NCBI GenBank assembly: GCA_965212025.1
Contig: OZ243039.1
Location: forward strand, 111,216 to 175,215
DNA length: 64,000 nucleotides
Reading direction: 5' to 3'
Source of the DNA: Candidatus Oxydemutatoraceae bacterium
GTDB lineage: Bacteria > Pseudomonadota > Gammaproteobacteria > Poriferisulfidales > Oxydemutatoraceae
The notes beneath the pieces were generated by a model, which made no database searches, was not told where the DNA came from, and worked only from the letters and a program-made list of their open reading frames with translations. This document shows positions 9,900 to 19,538 of this stretch, piece by piece. The translations under genes were made by a program, and so were the position numbers. The stretch's first letter is position 1, and every line of letters begins with the position of its first letter.

Positions 9900-10847
9900 A
9901 TGGAAAAAAACCAAGAGTTTGCAATGACGGAACTCGGAAGAATGGTCATGGCAGATCGCCGTAAAGCCCGTCGCTGGAGCATTTTCTTTCGCTTGTTGTG
10001 GACGCTGCTGCTCATCGTATTGGCAGTCGCGTATGTGCGTAGCCCGGAACCACACTCCGACTCCATGTACTTGAGTGGCGAAAAATCTTCGCCGCACACC
10101 GCGCTCGTAAAACTGCACGGACCCATCTTTATTGACGGGCCAACATCTGCTGAACAAATAAATATGGCACTTCGGGAAGCTTACGGGAACGAAAATTCGA
10201 AAGCGGTCGTTCTTGAAATCGACTCGCCCGGTGGAAGCCCTGTTCAATCCGGGAGAATCTACGACGAAATAAAACACTTGGGTCGGCTACATCCAGACAA
10301 ACCCCTGTACGTAGTGATAGACGATATTTGCGCCTCAGGTGGCATGTACGTAGCCGTTGCCGCCAGCACCATCTACGCAAACCAGGCCAGCGTCGTGGGG
10401 TCGATCGGCGTCATCGCTCCTGGCTTTGGCTTTGTCGACCTGATTGAAGAATTGGGAATAGAGCGAAGGGTGTTAACCGCAGGGACTCACAAAGCCTTGC
10501 TGGACCCTTTCAAAGCAAAAGATCCGGCTGAGGTAGCGAATATTCAGCAGGTGCTGGATGACATTCACCAACAGTTCATTGCCCGCGTGAAAGTAGGTCG
10601 TGGCGACCGCCTGGCGGACGACAGTGAAATTTTCAGTGGTTTGGTTTGGACCGGAGAAAGGGCAAAGGAGCTCGGTCTCATTGACGGTTTTGGAAGTACC
10701 CGCTACGTAGCCGAAGAGATCATCGGGGAAAAAGCCATCGTCGAGTACCGTGCCCATGAAACCCTGGTCGAAGAGTTCATCGGCCGTTTCGGCAGCACCC
10801 TACTCAATACTTCCTATCGTTTCTTCAATAGCCCCAGGTTGCAATAG
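9900..10847 (+). CDS. sppA: Signal peptide peptidase SppA / SohB (S49 family, 36K type)
   Basis: There is an N-terminal TM segment and the motif VVLEIDSPGGSPVQSG…ASGGMY…VGSIGV. AAGGAG lies 9 nt upstream of the ATG. The last 17 codons lie inside tandem-repeat DNA. Confidence 0.8.
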   Translation: MEKNQEFAMTELGRMVMADRRKARRWSIFFRLLWTLLLIVLAVAYVRSPEPHSDSMYLSGEKSSPHTALVKLHGPIFIDGPTSAEQINMALREAYGNENSKAVVLEIDSPGGSPVQSGRIYDEIKHLGRLHPDKPLYVVIDDICASGGMYVAVAASTIYANQASVVGSIGVIAPGFGFVDLIEELGIERRVLTAGTHKALLDPFKAKDPAEVANIQQVLDDIHQQFIARVKVGRGDRLADDSEIFSGLVWTGERAKELGLIDGFGSTRYVAEEIIGEKAIVEYRAHETLVEEFIGRFGSTLLNTSYRFFNSPRLQ

Positions 10848-11910
10848 GACAGAATTCAACGCTCCTTGCGGCACTAACAGCAAAAACGGCGACAGAAACC
10901 TAATTCAGGGAACGCGGCACCCTACTCAATACTTCCTATCGTTTCTTCAATAGCCCCAGGTTGCAATAGGACAGAATTCAACGCTCCTTGCGGCGCTAAC
11001 AGCAAAAACGGCGAAGAAGCTCAACTCAGGGAACGCGGCACCCTACTCAATACTTTCCATAGTTTCTTCAGTAACCCAGGTTGCAATAGGACAGAATTCA
11101 ACGCTCCTTGCGGCACTAACAGCAAAAACGGCGACAGAAACCCAATTCAGGGAACGCGGCACCCTACTCAATACTTCCTATAGTTTCTTCAGTAACCCCA
11201 GGTTGCAATAGGACAGAACGCTCCTTGCGGCGCAGAATTCAACGCTCCTTGCGGCACTAACAGCAAAAACGGCGACAGAAACCCAATTCAGGGAACGCGG
11301 CACCCTACTCAATACTTCCTATAGTTTCTTCAGTAACCCAGGTTGCAATAGGACAGAATTCAACGCTCCTTGCGGCACTAACAGCAAAAACGGCGACAGA
11401 AACCCAATTCAGGGAACGCGGCACCCTACTCAACACTTCCATAGTTTCTTCAGTAACCCAGGTTGCAATAGGACAGAATTCAACGCTCCTTGCGGCACTA
11501 ACAGCAAAAACGGCGACAGAAACCCAATTCAGGGAACGCGTTCACCCTACTCAACACTTCCATAGTTTCTTCAGTAACCCAGGTTGCAATAGGACAGAAT
11601 TCAACGCTCCTTGCGGCACTAACAGCAAAAACGGCGACAGAAACCCAATTCAGGGAACGCGTTCACCCTACTCAACACTTCCATAGTTTCTTCAGTAACC
11701 CAGGTTGCAATAGGACAGAATTCAACGCTCCTTGCGGCACTAACAGCAAAAACGGCGACAGAAACCCAATTCAGGGAACGCGTTCACCCTACTCAACACT
11801 TCCATAGTTTCTTCAGTAACCCAGGTTGCAATAGGACAGAATTCAACGCTCCTTGCGGCGCTAACAGCAAAAACGGCGACAGAAACCCAATTCAGGGAAC
11901 GCGGCACCCT
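10795..11910. repeat. Tandem repeat, unit about 121 bp, about 9.2 copies (one copy is 141 bp with an internal 20-bp duplication). It is non-coding
   Basis: The unit is gcaccctactcaatacttcctatagtttcttcagtaacccaggttgcaataggacagaattcaacgctccttgcggcactaacagcaaaaacggcgacagaaacccaattcagggaacgcg. Copies start at about 10795, 10917, 11038, 11159, 11300, 11421, 11543, 11664 and 11785. The period is not a multiple of 3. Confidence 0.9.
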
Positions 11911-12539
11911 GCAGCACGCAACATCCGACACACAGCAAGCAACGGCAAACCAGTCAAGGCGGTCGGGTCGTCAGCACGTATATGTTCCACCAAAGCAATG
12001 CCCAAGCGCTCATTGCGAAAACTACCCGCGCATGACCAAGGTTTTTCCAAAGCCAGATAGCCGGCAATCTCCTGCTCTGACAATGTTCGAAAGCGAACTT
12101 CTGTCCTGACGTTTTCCACCCACTCGCGTTGTCGAGCGGGGTCAAGCAAGCAAACGCCCGTATGAAAATGAACCGTGCGGCCAGAAACCTGATTGAGCTG
12201 CTTCCTGGCATTGGCATGGTTTCCCGGCTTGCCGATAAAAACCCCGTCAAGACTGACGCATTGGTCAGAGCCGATAATAAGTGCGTCAGGATGATTTTTC
12301 ACCATGACCCGTGCTTTTTCGTGCGCAAGACGTGTCACCAACCCGGAAATATCTTCTCCCTCGTGCGGCGTTTCATCGATATCCGGCACCCGAACTTCAA
12401 AATGCAGATGCAGTCTTTGCAAGAGCATTTGGCGTGGCTTCGAACTGGAAGCCAGTATGATCTCACGCAGTGACACAATCAGTTGTTTTTGGCACGTTTT
12501 CCCGTACGAAACAAGCCAAAGTATTCGTAGGCAAAACAT
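11892..12539 (-). CDS. maf: Maf-like nucleoside triphosphate pyrophosphatase (septum formation protein Maf/YceF)
   Basis: ILASSSKPRQMLLQRL…DIDE…LIIGSDQCVSLDGVFIGKP…. The true start is probably internal to the listed ORF (near residue 25). Confidence 0.75.
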   Translation of the reverse strand: MFCLRILWLVSYGKTCQKQLIVSLREIILASSSKPRQMLLQRLHLHFEVRVPDIDETPHEGEDISGLVTRLAHEKARVMVKNHPDALIIGSDQCVSLDGVFIGKPGNHANARKQLNQVSGRTVHFHTGVCLLDPARQREWVENVRTEVRFRTLSEQEIAGYLALEKPWSCAGSFRNERLGIALVEHIRADDPTALTGLPLLAVCRMLRAAGCRVP

Positions 12540-13056
12540 GCATCAGGAGCGGGCGTTGGCGACTTTGGCGCAGAGACACCGCTCACAGGAGCCACCACGC
12601 TGAAACCGGATTTTTCGGATCCGGTAAGCAGCAAAGCTTTTCCCGTCCCTGGCATTTTTTTTGCCTCCCCTTCCAAGCTTTCAACAAAGCGCGCAACTGC
12701 GAACCAGGGAGAACCTCCTGACCAGTACGCATTGATCCACGGTATGCCCCCGCCGCGATAACGCACGACAGTGACCCTGAAGCGTGTCCCCGCAAAACGT
12801 GCCCCAAGACAAGCTTCCAGCGCGGCGAGCACCGCACCGTCCGCCACCCTATCTTGAACCACAAATATGCACAGTCAACATGTCTCGCACCTGGATACAT
12901 TGTAGAATAACCTGCCCTTGAAATTCCTCCTGCAGCTTTTCTACCTGGATGTGCAGGATCTTCGCTCAAAATAAGTCATGCCCAGGGGAATCGCTTATTG
13001 GAGACTTCGGGGCTTGACAGGACTTTCACCAACGAACACGAAATCTGGAGGCAACT

Positions 13057-13260
13057 ATGGCAGTTCAGAAAAGCAAAAAGAGCCGCTCCCGGCGAGGCAT
13101 GCGCCGCGCGCATGATGCACTGAGCCATCCCACCTTATCTGAAGACCAAACCACTGGAGTGCGCCACCTGCGGCACCATATCGGAGCAGATGGTTTTTAT
13201 CGGGGGAAAGAAATCATTCCCGCCCCGGTAGATGAAGAGAGTGAGGAAGACGAGGAATAA
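13057..13260 (+). CDS. rpmF: 50S ribosomal protein L32
   Basis: [22 protein letters not shown]…. A GGAGG RBS is present. Confidence 0.9.
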   Translation: MAVQKSKKSRSRRGMRRAHDALSHPTLSEDQTTGVRHLRHHIGADGFYRGKEIIPAPVDEESEEDEE

Positions 13261-13327
13261 TCGGCGGTGAGTTGCTTCGCATCAGGAAATCACGGCGAAA
13301 CAGCTTTGGCCACAGGCCTTTGACCGC

Positions 13328-14338
13328 GTGCCGCCAACCATAGCCATTGACGCAATGGGAGGTGATCTCGGCATTGAGGTCACCGTTCCAGCCTCTGTGA
13401 GCGCCTTGTCGGCCAACCCGACTCTGGAACTTATTCTGGTTGGTAAAGAAGAGGAACTGAAAACCGCACTTGCGCTCCACAACGCTGAAAAAACACCACG
13501 TTTGCGCTGTCTGTACGCGAGTGAAACCGTTAACATGGACGACAATATGACAGTCGCCTTGCGCGTGAAAAAGCAATCTTCAATGCGCAAATGCATTGAA
13601 TTGGTCAAAAACAAAGAAGCCTGCGCGTGTGTGAGCTCAGGAAATACCGGTGCTCTGTTGGCAATATCCCGCTACGTGTTGCGCACGCTCACTGGCATCG
13701 ATCGACCAGCCATCGTAACCACCCTGCCAAACCAGCGGGGTAAAACCTATATGCTTGATTTGGGAGCCAATATAGATTGTAAAGCCGAGAACCTTTTTCA
13801 ATTCGCCGTCATGGGTTCGGTTCTGTGCGCTTCGGTGGACCATAAGCCAAAACCGAGTGTGGGCTTGTTGAACGTGGGAAAGGAAGCGATCAAAGGAAGC
13901 GACCGGGTGAAACAAGCAGATCAGCAACTGCGCGAAACCTCACTGAATTACATTGGCTTTGTCGAGGGCACACAAATTTTTGACGGCTCCGTGGACGTGG
14001 TGGTGACAGACGGCTTTACCGGAAACGTGTCTTTGAAAAGCGCCGAGGGCGTAGGAAACTTGATTCTTTCCGAAATTTCCCGGATTCTGAACAGGAACTG
14101 GCGGACAAAATTGCTTGGCATGGGCACACGCAGCCTACTCAGATCCATTAAAGATTCCCTGGATCCCCGTGGCTACAACGGTGCCAGTCTGCTCGGCTTG
14201 CAGGGTATCGTCATCAAAAGCCACGGCAACGCAGATGCATACGCCTTTGAAAAAGCCATTGACACTGCTTATGCCCAGTTCGAAGCTCGCACCCCGAGCC
14301 TGATTGACGAAAGGCTCGAGACCATCCTTTCCAGATAA
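13328..14338 (+). CDS. plsX: Phosphate acyltransferase PlsX
   Basis: GTG start. The IAIDAMGGD motif is present and the protein is collinear with PlsX. Confidence 0.85.
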   Translation: MPPTIAIDAMGGDLGIEVTVPASVSALSANPTLELILVGKEEELKTALALHNAEKTPRLRCLYASETVNMDDNMTVALRVKKQSSMRKCIELVKNKEACACVSSGNTGALLAISRYVLRTLTGIDRPAIVTTLPNQRGKTYMLDLGANIDCKAENLFQFAVMGSVLCASVDHKPKPSVGLLNVGKEAIKGSDRVKQADQQLRETSLNYIGFVEGTQIFDGSVDVVVTDGFTGNVSLKSAEGVGNLILSEISRILNRNWRTKLLGMGTRSLLRSIKDSLDPRGYNGASLLGLQGIVIKSHGNADAYAFEKAIDTAYAQFEARTPSLIDERLETILSR

Positions 14339-14340
14339 AC

Positions 14341-15291
14341 ATGACGTACGCACGCATTGCTGGCACTGGCTCCTACTTGCCGAAAAAAACCGTAAGCAAT
14401 GCGGATCTGGAAAAAATATTGGATACCAGCGACAAATGGATACTCTCCCGGTCGGGCATCGCCAACCGGCATATCGCTGCCCCTGACGAAACTTGCCACC
14501 AGCTGGCAAAGCAGGCTGCGCTAGCGGCTTTTGAAGCTTCCGGCAGCCGTGAAGTTGATTTGATCATTGTTGCGACCACGACCCCGGACAAGTATTTCCC
14601 CAGTACGGCTTGCCTGCTACAAAAAGCGTTGGGGATTGCTGACTGCCCGGCTTTCGACGTACAGGCGGTCTGCACAGGATTTATTTACGCACTGGATATC
14701 GCAAACCGCTTTATCAAAACGAAAGGTGCCACGCGCGCGCTAGTGGTAGGTTCCGAGGTCATGTCCCGCATCGTGAACTGGAATGACCGCACAACCGGCA
14801 TATTATTCGGGGATGGTGCCGGCGCTGTCATACTCGAGGTCAGTGACCATCCGGGTATTTATTCAACACACCTTCACGCAGACGGCAACCATGAACATCT
14901 TTTGCACGTCCCACGCGGCCCCGGTGGAGATCCGGAAGCGAGCCCCTATATTGAGATGCAAGGCAAGGAGGTATTCAAAATGGCGGTCCAATCGCTGGAA
15001 AAAATTGTCGACGAAACCTTGCAGGCCAACGGATTCCAACAGTCCGATATAGACTGGCTGGTTCCACACCAGGCCAATAAGCGCATCATAGAAGCTACGG
15101 CGAGGAAGCTGAAATTGCCCATGGACAAAGTCGTGTCCACGATTGCCGAACATGGCAACACTTCCGCTGCATCGGTTCCTTTGGCTCTGGACACCGCGGT
15201 TCGCGATGGACGGATCCAACGTGGTGAGCATCTGATGATGGAAGCTTTTGGCGGCGGCTTTACCTGGGGATCCGCGCTACTGAAATATTGA
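14341..15291 (+). CDS. fabH: 3-oxoacyl-ACP synthase III (FabH)
   Basis: MTYARIAGTGSYLPKKTVSNADLEK…, with the Cys/His/Asn KAS III architecture. Confidence 0.85.
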   Translation: MTYARIAGTGSYLPKKTVSNADLEKILDTSDKWILSRSGIANRHIAAPDETCHQLAKQAALAAFEASGSREVDLIIVATTTPDKYFPSTACLLQKALGIADCPAFDVQAVCTGFIYALDIANRFIKTKGATRALVVGSEVMSRIVNWNDRTTGILFGDGAGAVILEVSDHPGIYSTHLHADGNHEHLLHVPRGPGGDPEASPYIEMQGKEVFKMAVQSLEKIVDETLQANGFQQSDIDWLVPHQANKRIIEATARKLKLPMDKVVSTIAEHGNTSAASVPLALDTAVRDGRIQRGEHLMMEAFGGGFTWGSALLKY

Positions 15292-15398
15292 CAACAGCGA
15301 TAGGCTTTCTGCACAGACACGAACCGGAAACCTGTGTTTTCGTGACCGGAACAGGGGTTCCCAAAACAGCATCAAAGATTGAGACAACGGAGCACAGG

Positions 15399-17261
15399 AT
15401 GCAGGGAAAAGACACCGACACGCTGAAGTGTGCGAAGGTCGACGCGGGGCAATTTGATGCCACCAGCTTTTTGCGTGGACTGACCAACAAACCAGGGGTT
15501 TATTGCATGCTGGACAACTCGCGCAACACCCTTTACGTAGGCAAGGCAAAAAATCTGAAAAAGCGCGTCTCCTCCTACTTCAGACAACAGGAGGATCGCC
15601 CACGCGTCACCATGATCAGGAGCCGGCTCGCGACGATCGAGGTCACGGTTACAGAAACAGAAGGGGATGCTCTGATGCTGGAATGTAATCTCATCAAAAA
15701 GCTGAGACCGCGCTACAACGTGGTTTTGCGAGACGACAAAAGCTATCCTTACATCCGGATCACCACACAAAACGAATTTCCACGCGTTTCGTTTTACCGA
15801 GGCTCCCGAAAGATACCGGGACAGTTTTTCGGCCCCTACCCAAGCTCTCAGGCAGTGCGCGAAACCCTGAACCTGATGTACAAGGTTTTTCGCCTGCGGC
15901 AATGTGACACTTCGGTTTTTAAATCGCGGTCGCGTCCCTGTCTGCAGTACCAAATCCGGCGTTGCAGCGCCCCTTGCGTCGGGTTGATTCCAAAAAACGA
16001 ATACCAAAGCGACTTGCAAAACGCGATGGACTTCCTGTCCGGGAACAACCGGCGTCTAATAGAACAGCTGGTGGAGAAAATGGACGAGTCAGCGGCACAG
16101 TTACATTTTGAAGAAGCCGCTAAAGTCCGCAACCAGATTGAAATGTTGCGCGTGGTTTCCGAGCAACGTGGCCTGCGTTCGCAATCTGAAAACCTGGACA
16201 TCATCGCGACGCAGAGCAACGGCGGACTTTCCTGCGTCCAGGTCTTTAAGGTCAGAGGAGGACTGAATATTGGCAACCGCACGTATTTCCCAACCATACC
16301 CGAAGGCGGGGTTCGCGACGAAGTGGTGATGAAGGCTTTTATCAGCCAGCACTATCTAGTCCAGAAAATACCACGCGAATTGGTGCTCAATCTTCAGCCA
16401 GAAGACTCGGAGGGATTGAAAGCCATGGTTGAAAAAACCGCAAAGCACAAAGTGCGCTTTTCAACCGGGGTACGCGGCGAAAAGCGAAAGTGGCTGCAAC
16501 TGGCGTGCAAAAACGCCGAATGCGCCTTACAGGCACATCTGCTGACTCGTGAGAACCTTTACAGGCAGCGTGTTGAGCTGCAAAAAGCCCTGGCCATGCA
16601 TGGCGAGCCACGACGCATCGAATGCTTTGACGTCAGCCATACCATGGGCAAAGAAACGGTTGCGTCCTGCGTTGTGTGGAACAAAGAAGGTTCGGATCGC
16701 CAGTCCTACCGGCGTTTCAACATTAAAGACATCACGCCAGGGGACGATTACGCCGCCATAACGCAAGCTCTGACCCGACACTACAAAAGATTGTCGAAAA
16801 GCCCACAGCAGCTTCCTTGCCTGCTCATTATCGACGGCGGCAAGGGACAATTGAGGTGCGCTCGTGAAGTGCTGGAAAGCCTGAACTTGTCTGGCATTCG
16901 CATTCTAGGTGTCGCCAAAGGGCCAGGGCGCAAACCAGGCCTGGAAACGCTGTACACCTTCACGGATGACGGTACGATACGCTCAGTTCCGCTTCCCCTT
17001 TCTGTGCTCCACCTTGTCCTGAGGATCCGGGATGAAGCGCATCGCTTCGCCATTACCGGGCACCGCCACCGCATGATGCACAAACGTAAAGAATCCCCCC
17101 TGGAATCCGTCCACGGCTTGGGGCCGAAACGACGACAGATGCTGATCAAACACTTTGGCGGCTTGCGTGGGCTGTGTCGCGCAAGTGTCCAAGAGATCCG
17201 CACGGTAAAAGGGATTGGCACCCAACTGGCGAACACAATCAAAACCGTGCTTCAGGATTAA
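15399..17261 (+). CDS. uvrC: Excinuclease ABC subunit C (UvrC)
   Basis: The GIY-YIG N-terminus (GVYCMLDNSRNTLYVGKAKNLKKRVSSYF) and a C-terminal HhH domain are present. The start is set at MQGKD, a choice made by alignment to UvrC N-termini. Confidence 0.85.
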   Translation: MQGKDTDTLKCAKVDAGQFDATSFLRGLTNKPGVYCMLDNSRNTLYVGKAKNLKKRVSSYFRQQEDRPRVTMIRSRLATIEVTVTETEGDALMLECNLIKKLRPRYNVVLRDDKSYPYIRITTQNEFPRVSFYRGSRKIPGQFFGPYPSSQAVRETLNLMYKVFRLRQCDTSVFKSRSRPCLQYQIRRCSAPCVGLIPKNEYQSDLQNAMDFLSGNNRRLIEQLVEKMDESAAQLHFEEAAKVRNQIEMLRVVSEQRGLRSQSENLDIIATQSNGGLSCVQVFKVRGGLNIGNRTYFPTIPEGGVRDEVVMKAFISQHYLVQKIPRELVLNLQPEDSEGLKAMVEKTAKHKVRFSTGVRGEKRKWLQLACKNAECALQAHLLTRENLYRQRVELQKALAMHGEPRRIECFDVSHTMGKETVASCVVWNKEGSDRQSYRRFNIKDITPGDDYAAITQALTRHYKRLSKSPQQLPCLLIIDGGKGQLRCAREVLESLNLSGIRILGVAKGPGRKPGLETLYTFTDDGTIRSVPLPLSVLHLVLRIRDEAHRFAITGHRHRMMHKRKESPLESVHGLGPKRRQMLIKHFGGLRGLCRASVQEIRTVKGIGTQLANTIKTVLQD

Positions 17262-17828
17262 ATGGCGGGCTTTACCATAAACCTTCCCAACCTGCTGACT
17301 TTGGCAAGGATATTCTCTGCCCCGCTCGTATGCCTGTTCTTTTTGCTACAGGTTTCCTGGGGGCGGTCGGCGGCGGCGCTGGTTTTTCTGTTTGCCGCGT
17401 TGACTGACGTACTGGATGGCTGGATTGCGAGGCGTTATGGGAAGTCAACACGTTTTGGTGCTTTTCTTGACCCTGTCGCAGACAAGTTGATCGTAACGGT
17501 CACGCTGGTTTTGATCGTTGGACACAACTCAGACCTGCTGACCACTCTTGCCGCGATGGTCATTGTCGGACGTGAAATTGTGGTTTCAGCGTTGCGCGAA
17601 TGGATGGCCGAGCTGGGGAAGCAGGGAGTGCTTGCCAGTTCACACCTCGCAAAAGTCAAGACGGTCGCTCAAATGACCGCCATTACCTTATTGCTTTATC
17701 AGGAGTCGCTGCTTGGCATGTCTACGCTGGATATCGGAAAAGCCATGCTGCTGGTTGCCGCAGCATTGACGTTGTGGTCGATGTTTTCGTACTTGTTGCG
17801 GGTATGGAAATGGGGGAAGACTGCCTGA
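17262..17828 (+). CDS. pgsA: CDP-diacylglycerol--glycerol-3-phosphate 3-phosphatidyltransferase (PgsA)
   Basis: LPNLLTLARI…DVLDGWIARRYGKSTRFGAFLDPVADK (CDP-alcohol phosphatidyltransferase motif). Confidence 0.85.
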   Translation: MAGFTINLPNLLTLARIFSAPLVCLFFLLQVSWGRSAAALVFLFAALTDVLDGWIARRYGKSTRFGAFLDPVADKLIVTVTLVLIVGHNSDLLTTLAAMVIVGREIVVSALREWMAELGKQGVLASSHLAKVKTVAQMTAITLLLYQESLLGMSTLDIGKAMLLVAAALTLWSMFSYLLRVWKWGKTA

Positions 17829-17913
17829 CACTCGCTTCCTGACGGAAAGTGTTTCGCCTGACGTGGCAGCAATACTGCTGAAACCCGGAACCAGCCAAAA
17901 GAAGTGGCTGTAC

Positions 17914-17988
17914 TGGAGCGGGAAACGGGATTCGAACCCGCGACCCCAACCTTGGCAAGGTTGTGCTCTACCCCTGAGCTACTCCCGC
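17914..17988 (-). tRNA. tRNA-Gly (anticodon GCC)
   Basis: The reverse complement reads GCGGGAGTAGCTCAGGGGTAGAGCACAACCTTGCCAAGGTTGGGGTCGCGGGTTCGAATCCCGTTTCCCGCTCCA. Confidence 0.8.
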
Positions 17989-18281
17989 GTCGCGTCAAAA
18001 TTCTATCCCCTGGCATCTCCTTGTCAATGCTTTGGGAACAAGACCGGCTGAAAACACACAAGGTGTCTCATCGGCGCTGCGCCAACTTCAAGAACGCTTC
18101 GGGACACCCGAAAACGTATATTCAGCACCCGTCAAAGGCAGGTTCCGGAGAGAAGCCTCAAAGTCATGTTTCTGCTATTATCCGGAAATATGCACTCGGT
18201 ATTTTCTTGTCCCAAGCGTTGCTTTTGTGGCTCTCGGAACGATAAAGCACACACCGTAGTGCTCGGTTTCATGCCTACGCT

Positions 18282-19523
18282 TTGAAAAATTCGAAGCAGA
18301 TCCAGCGAGTAATGGTGACCAAAAAAGACGCCGAGCCTGAAAAAACGCCTGCTTCGCCGAGCCGCGAAGCAAGCAAAGCGGCACCCCCCCCAAGCGTTCA
18401 GAAAGACGTTCAGAAGAGCGTTAAGAAGCGCTCCAAGTGGCGGCGCTTTCTCCTCTTTGTCTTCTTGCTTACCATAGTGTTAACAGCCTTGGCAGCATGG
18501 GTTGGCTATCCCGCATTCCGCAACACAATCAACACATGGACGGCTTTGTTTGAGAGAGACCATCAGGCCATGACTACCGTTTCCGACAGCCTGGCGCAGC
18601 AGCAAAAGCGTCTGGATGCTCTGGAACGGAACCTTTCGGAAACAAGGAAACTCACGACCGCCAACGCTGAAGAGATGCGAGCCATCAATGAAGAATCGGT
18701 GCAGCAACTTGACCGAAGCAGTGTGCTGGACGCACGCCTGGAAAGGCTGAAAACCAGAATTGAGCGGCTGGGAAGAAAAACCGCGGTGCTGGCTGATCTG
18801 GAGCACCATGTCAATAATCTGGAAGCGCAAATTTCCTCATTGCATGAGCAAATCACTCTCTCCACGCGTAGCCCGGCAGGGCAACTGTTTTTACTGAACG
18901 AGACACTCCACTACCTGGACGGGATTCCCCGAGGCGATAGCGGGCAAGGGGTCGCAAATGGGGCTTTGCACACTGCCATTTCACTGCTTGACAAGCTGGC
19001 TCCCTCGTTGACTTCCAGCCCGGCAAAATCCCTGGGTGCTGAAATAAACGGCCTGCTAAATGAGCAGGATCGGGATATTGCCACCGCGCTGCAACAACTG
19101 GATGCCGTACTGAAAAACGGCCTGGCGCAAAATGCACACGACCAAGACAACAGCGCCGAACCCACGAGCGAAGAACAGAATAATTTCTGGCAGAGATTCC
19201 AACAGACTCTGTCTGAAACAGTCGGGACACTCGTTAGCGTCAAACGGCTCTCTGGAAACCAGCAGCAGCTGAGCGGCGTGACTGTAAATTCCCTGTTATT
19301 GGCACGTACGGCCTTGCTGGCTGGAGACCTGACTCTGTGGCAGCATGGGCTTGACAACGCGCTGCTTTCACTGAAATCTGCAGGGATGGAGCAAACGGAA
19401 GCTTATGCAAGCCTGACGCATACTCGAAACATTTCCCTCGTTGCCGATCTGGCGAGAGTGGATCGTATTTACGCGCTGGTTCAGATTCTTCGCAACAATC
19501 TTCAAAACGGGCGTTCCATTTAA
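18282..19523 (+). CDS. hemX: HemX-like membrane protein (the misnamed uroporphyrinogen-III C-methyltransferase HemX family)
   Basis: A basic N-terminus, a single TM (FLLFVFLLTIVLTALAAWVGY), then a long coiled-coil region. A HemY-like gene lies immediately downstream. Confidence 0.55.
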   Translation: MKNSKQIQRVMVTKKDAEPEKTPASPSREASKAAPPPSVQKDVQKSVKKRSKWRRFLLFVFLLTIVLTALAAWVGYPAFRNTINTWTALFERDHQAMTTVSDSLAQQQKRLDALERNLSETRKLTTANAEEMRAINEESVQQLDRSSVLDARLERLKTRIERLGRKTAVLADLEHHVNNLEAQISSLHEQITLSTRSPAGQLFLLNETLHYLDGIPRGDSGQGVANGALHTAISLLDKLAPSLTSSPAKSLGAEINGLLNEQDRDIATALQQLDAVLKNGLAQNAHDQDNSAEPTSEEQNNFWQRFQQTLSETVGTLVSVKRLSGNQQQLSGVTVNSLLLARTALLAGDLTLWQHGLDNALLSLKSAGMEQTEAYASLTHTRNISLVADLARVDRIYALVQILRNNLQNGRSI

Positions 19524-19538
19524 CCGCGAGAAGACAAC

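Noticed and set aside
10795-11910. Considered a CRISPR array because of the regularly spaced repeats
   Set aside because: Whole 121-bp units are near-identical end to end. There are no short conserved repeats alternating with unique spacers, and no cas genes nearby. It is a plain tandem repeat.
12479-12969. ORFs 12479..12862(-) and 12583..12969(-) in the maf-rpmF spacer as candidate genes (including a candidate yceD)
   Set aside because: Their composition is Arg/Trp/Cys/Gly-rich, typical of an out-of-frame GC-rich translation. They have no YceD-like CxxC motif and are on the wrong strand for yceD. They are treated as spurious.
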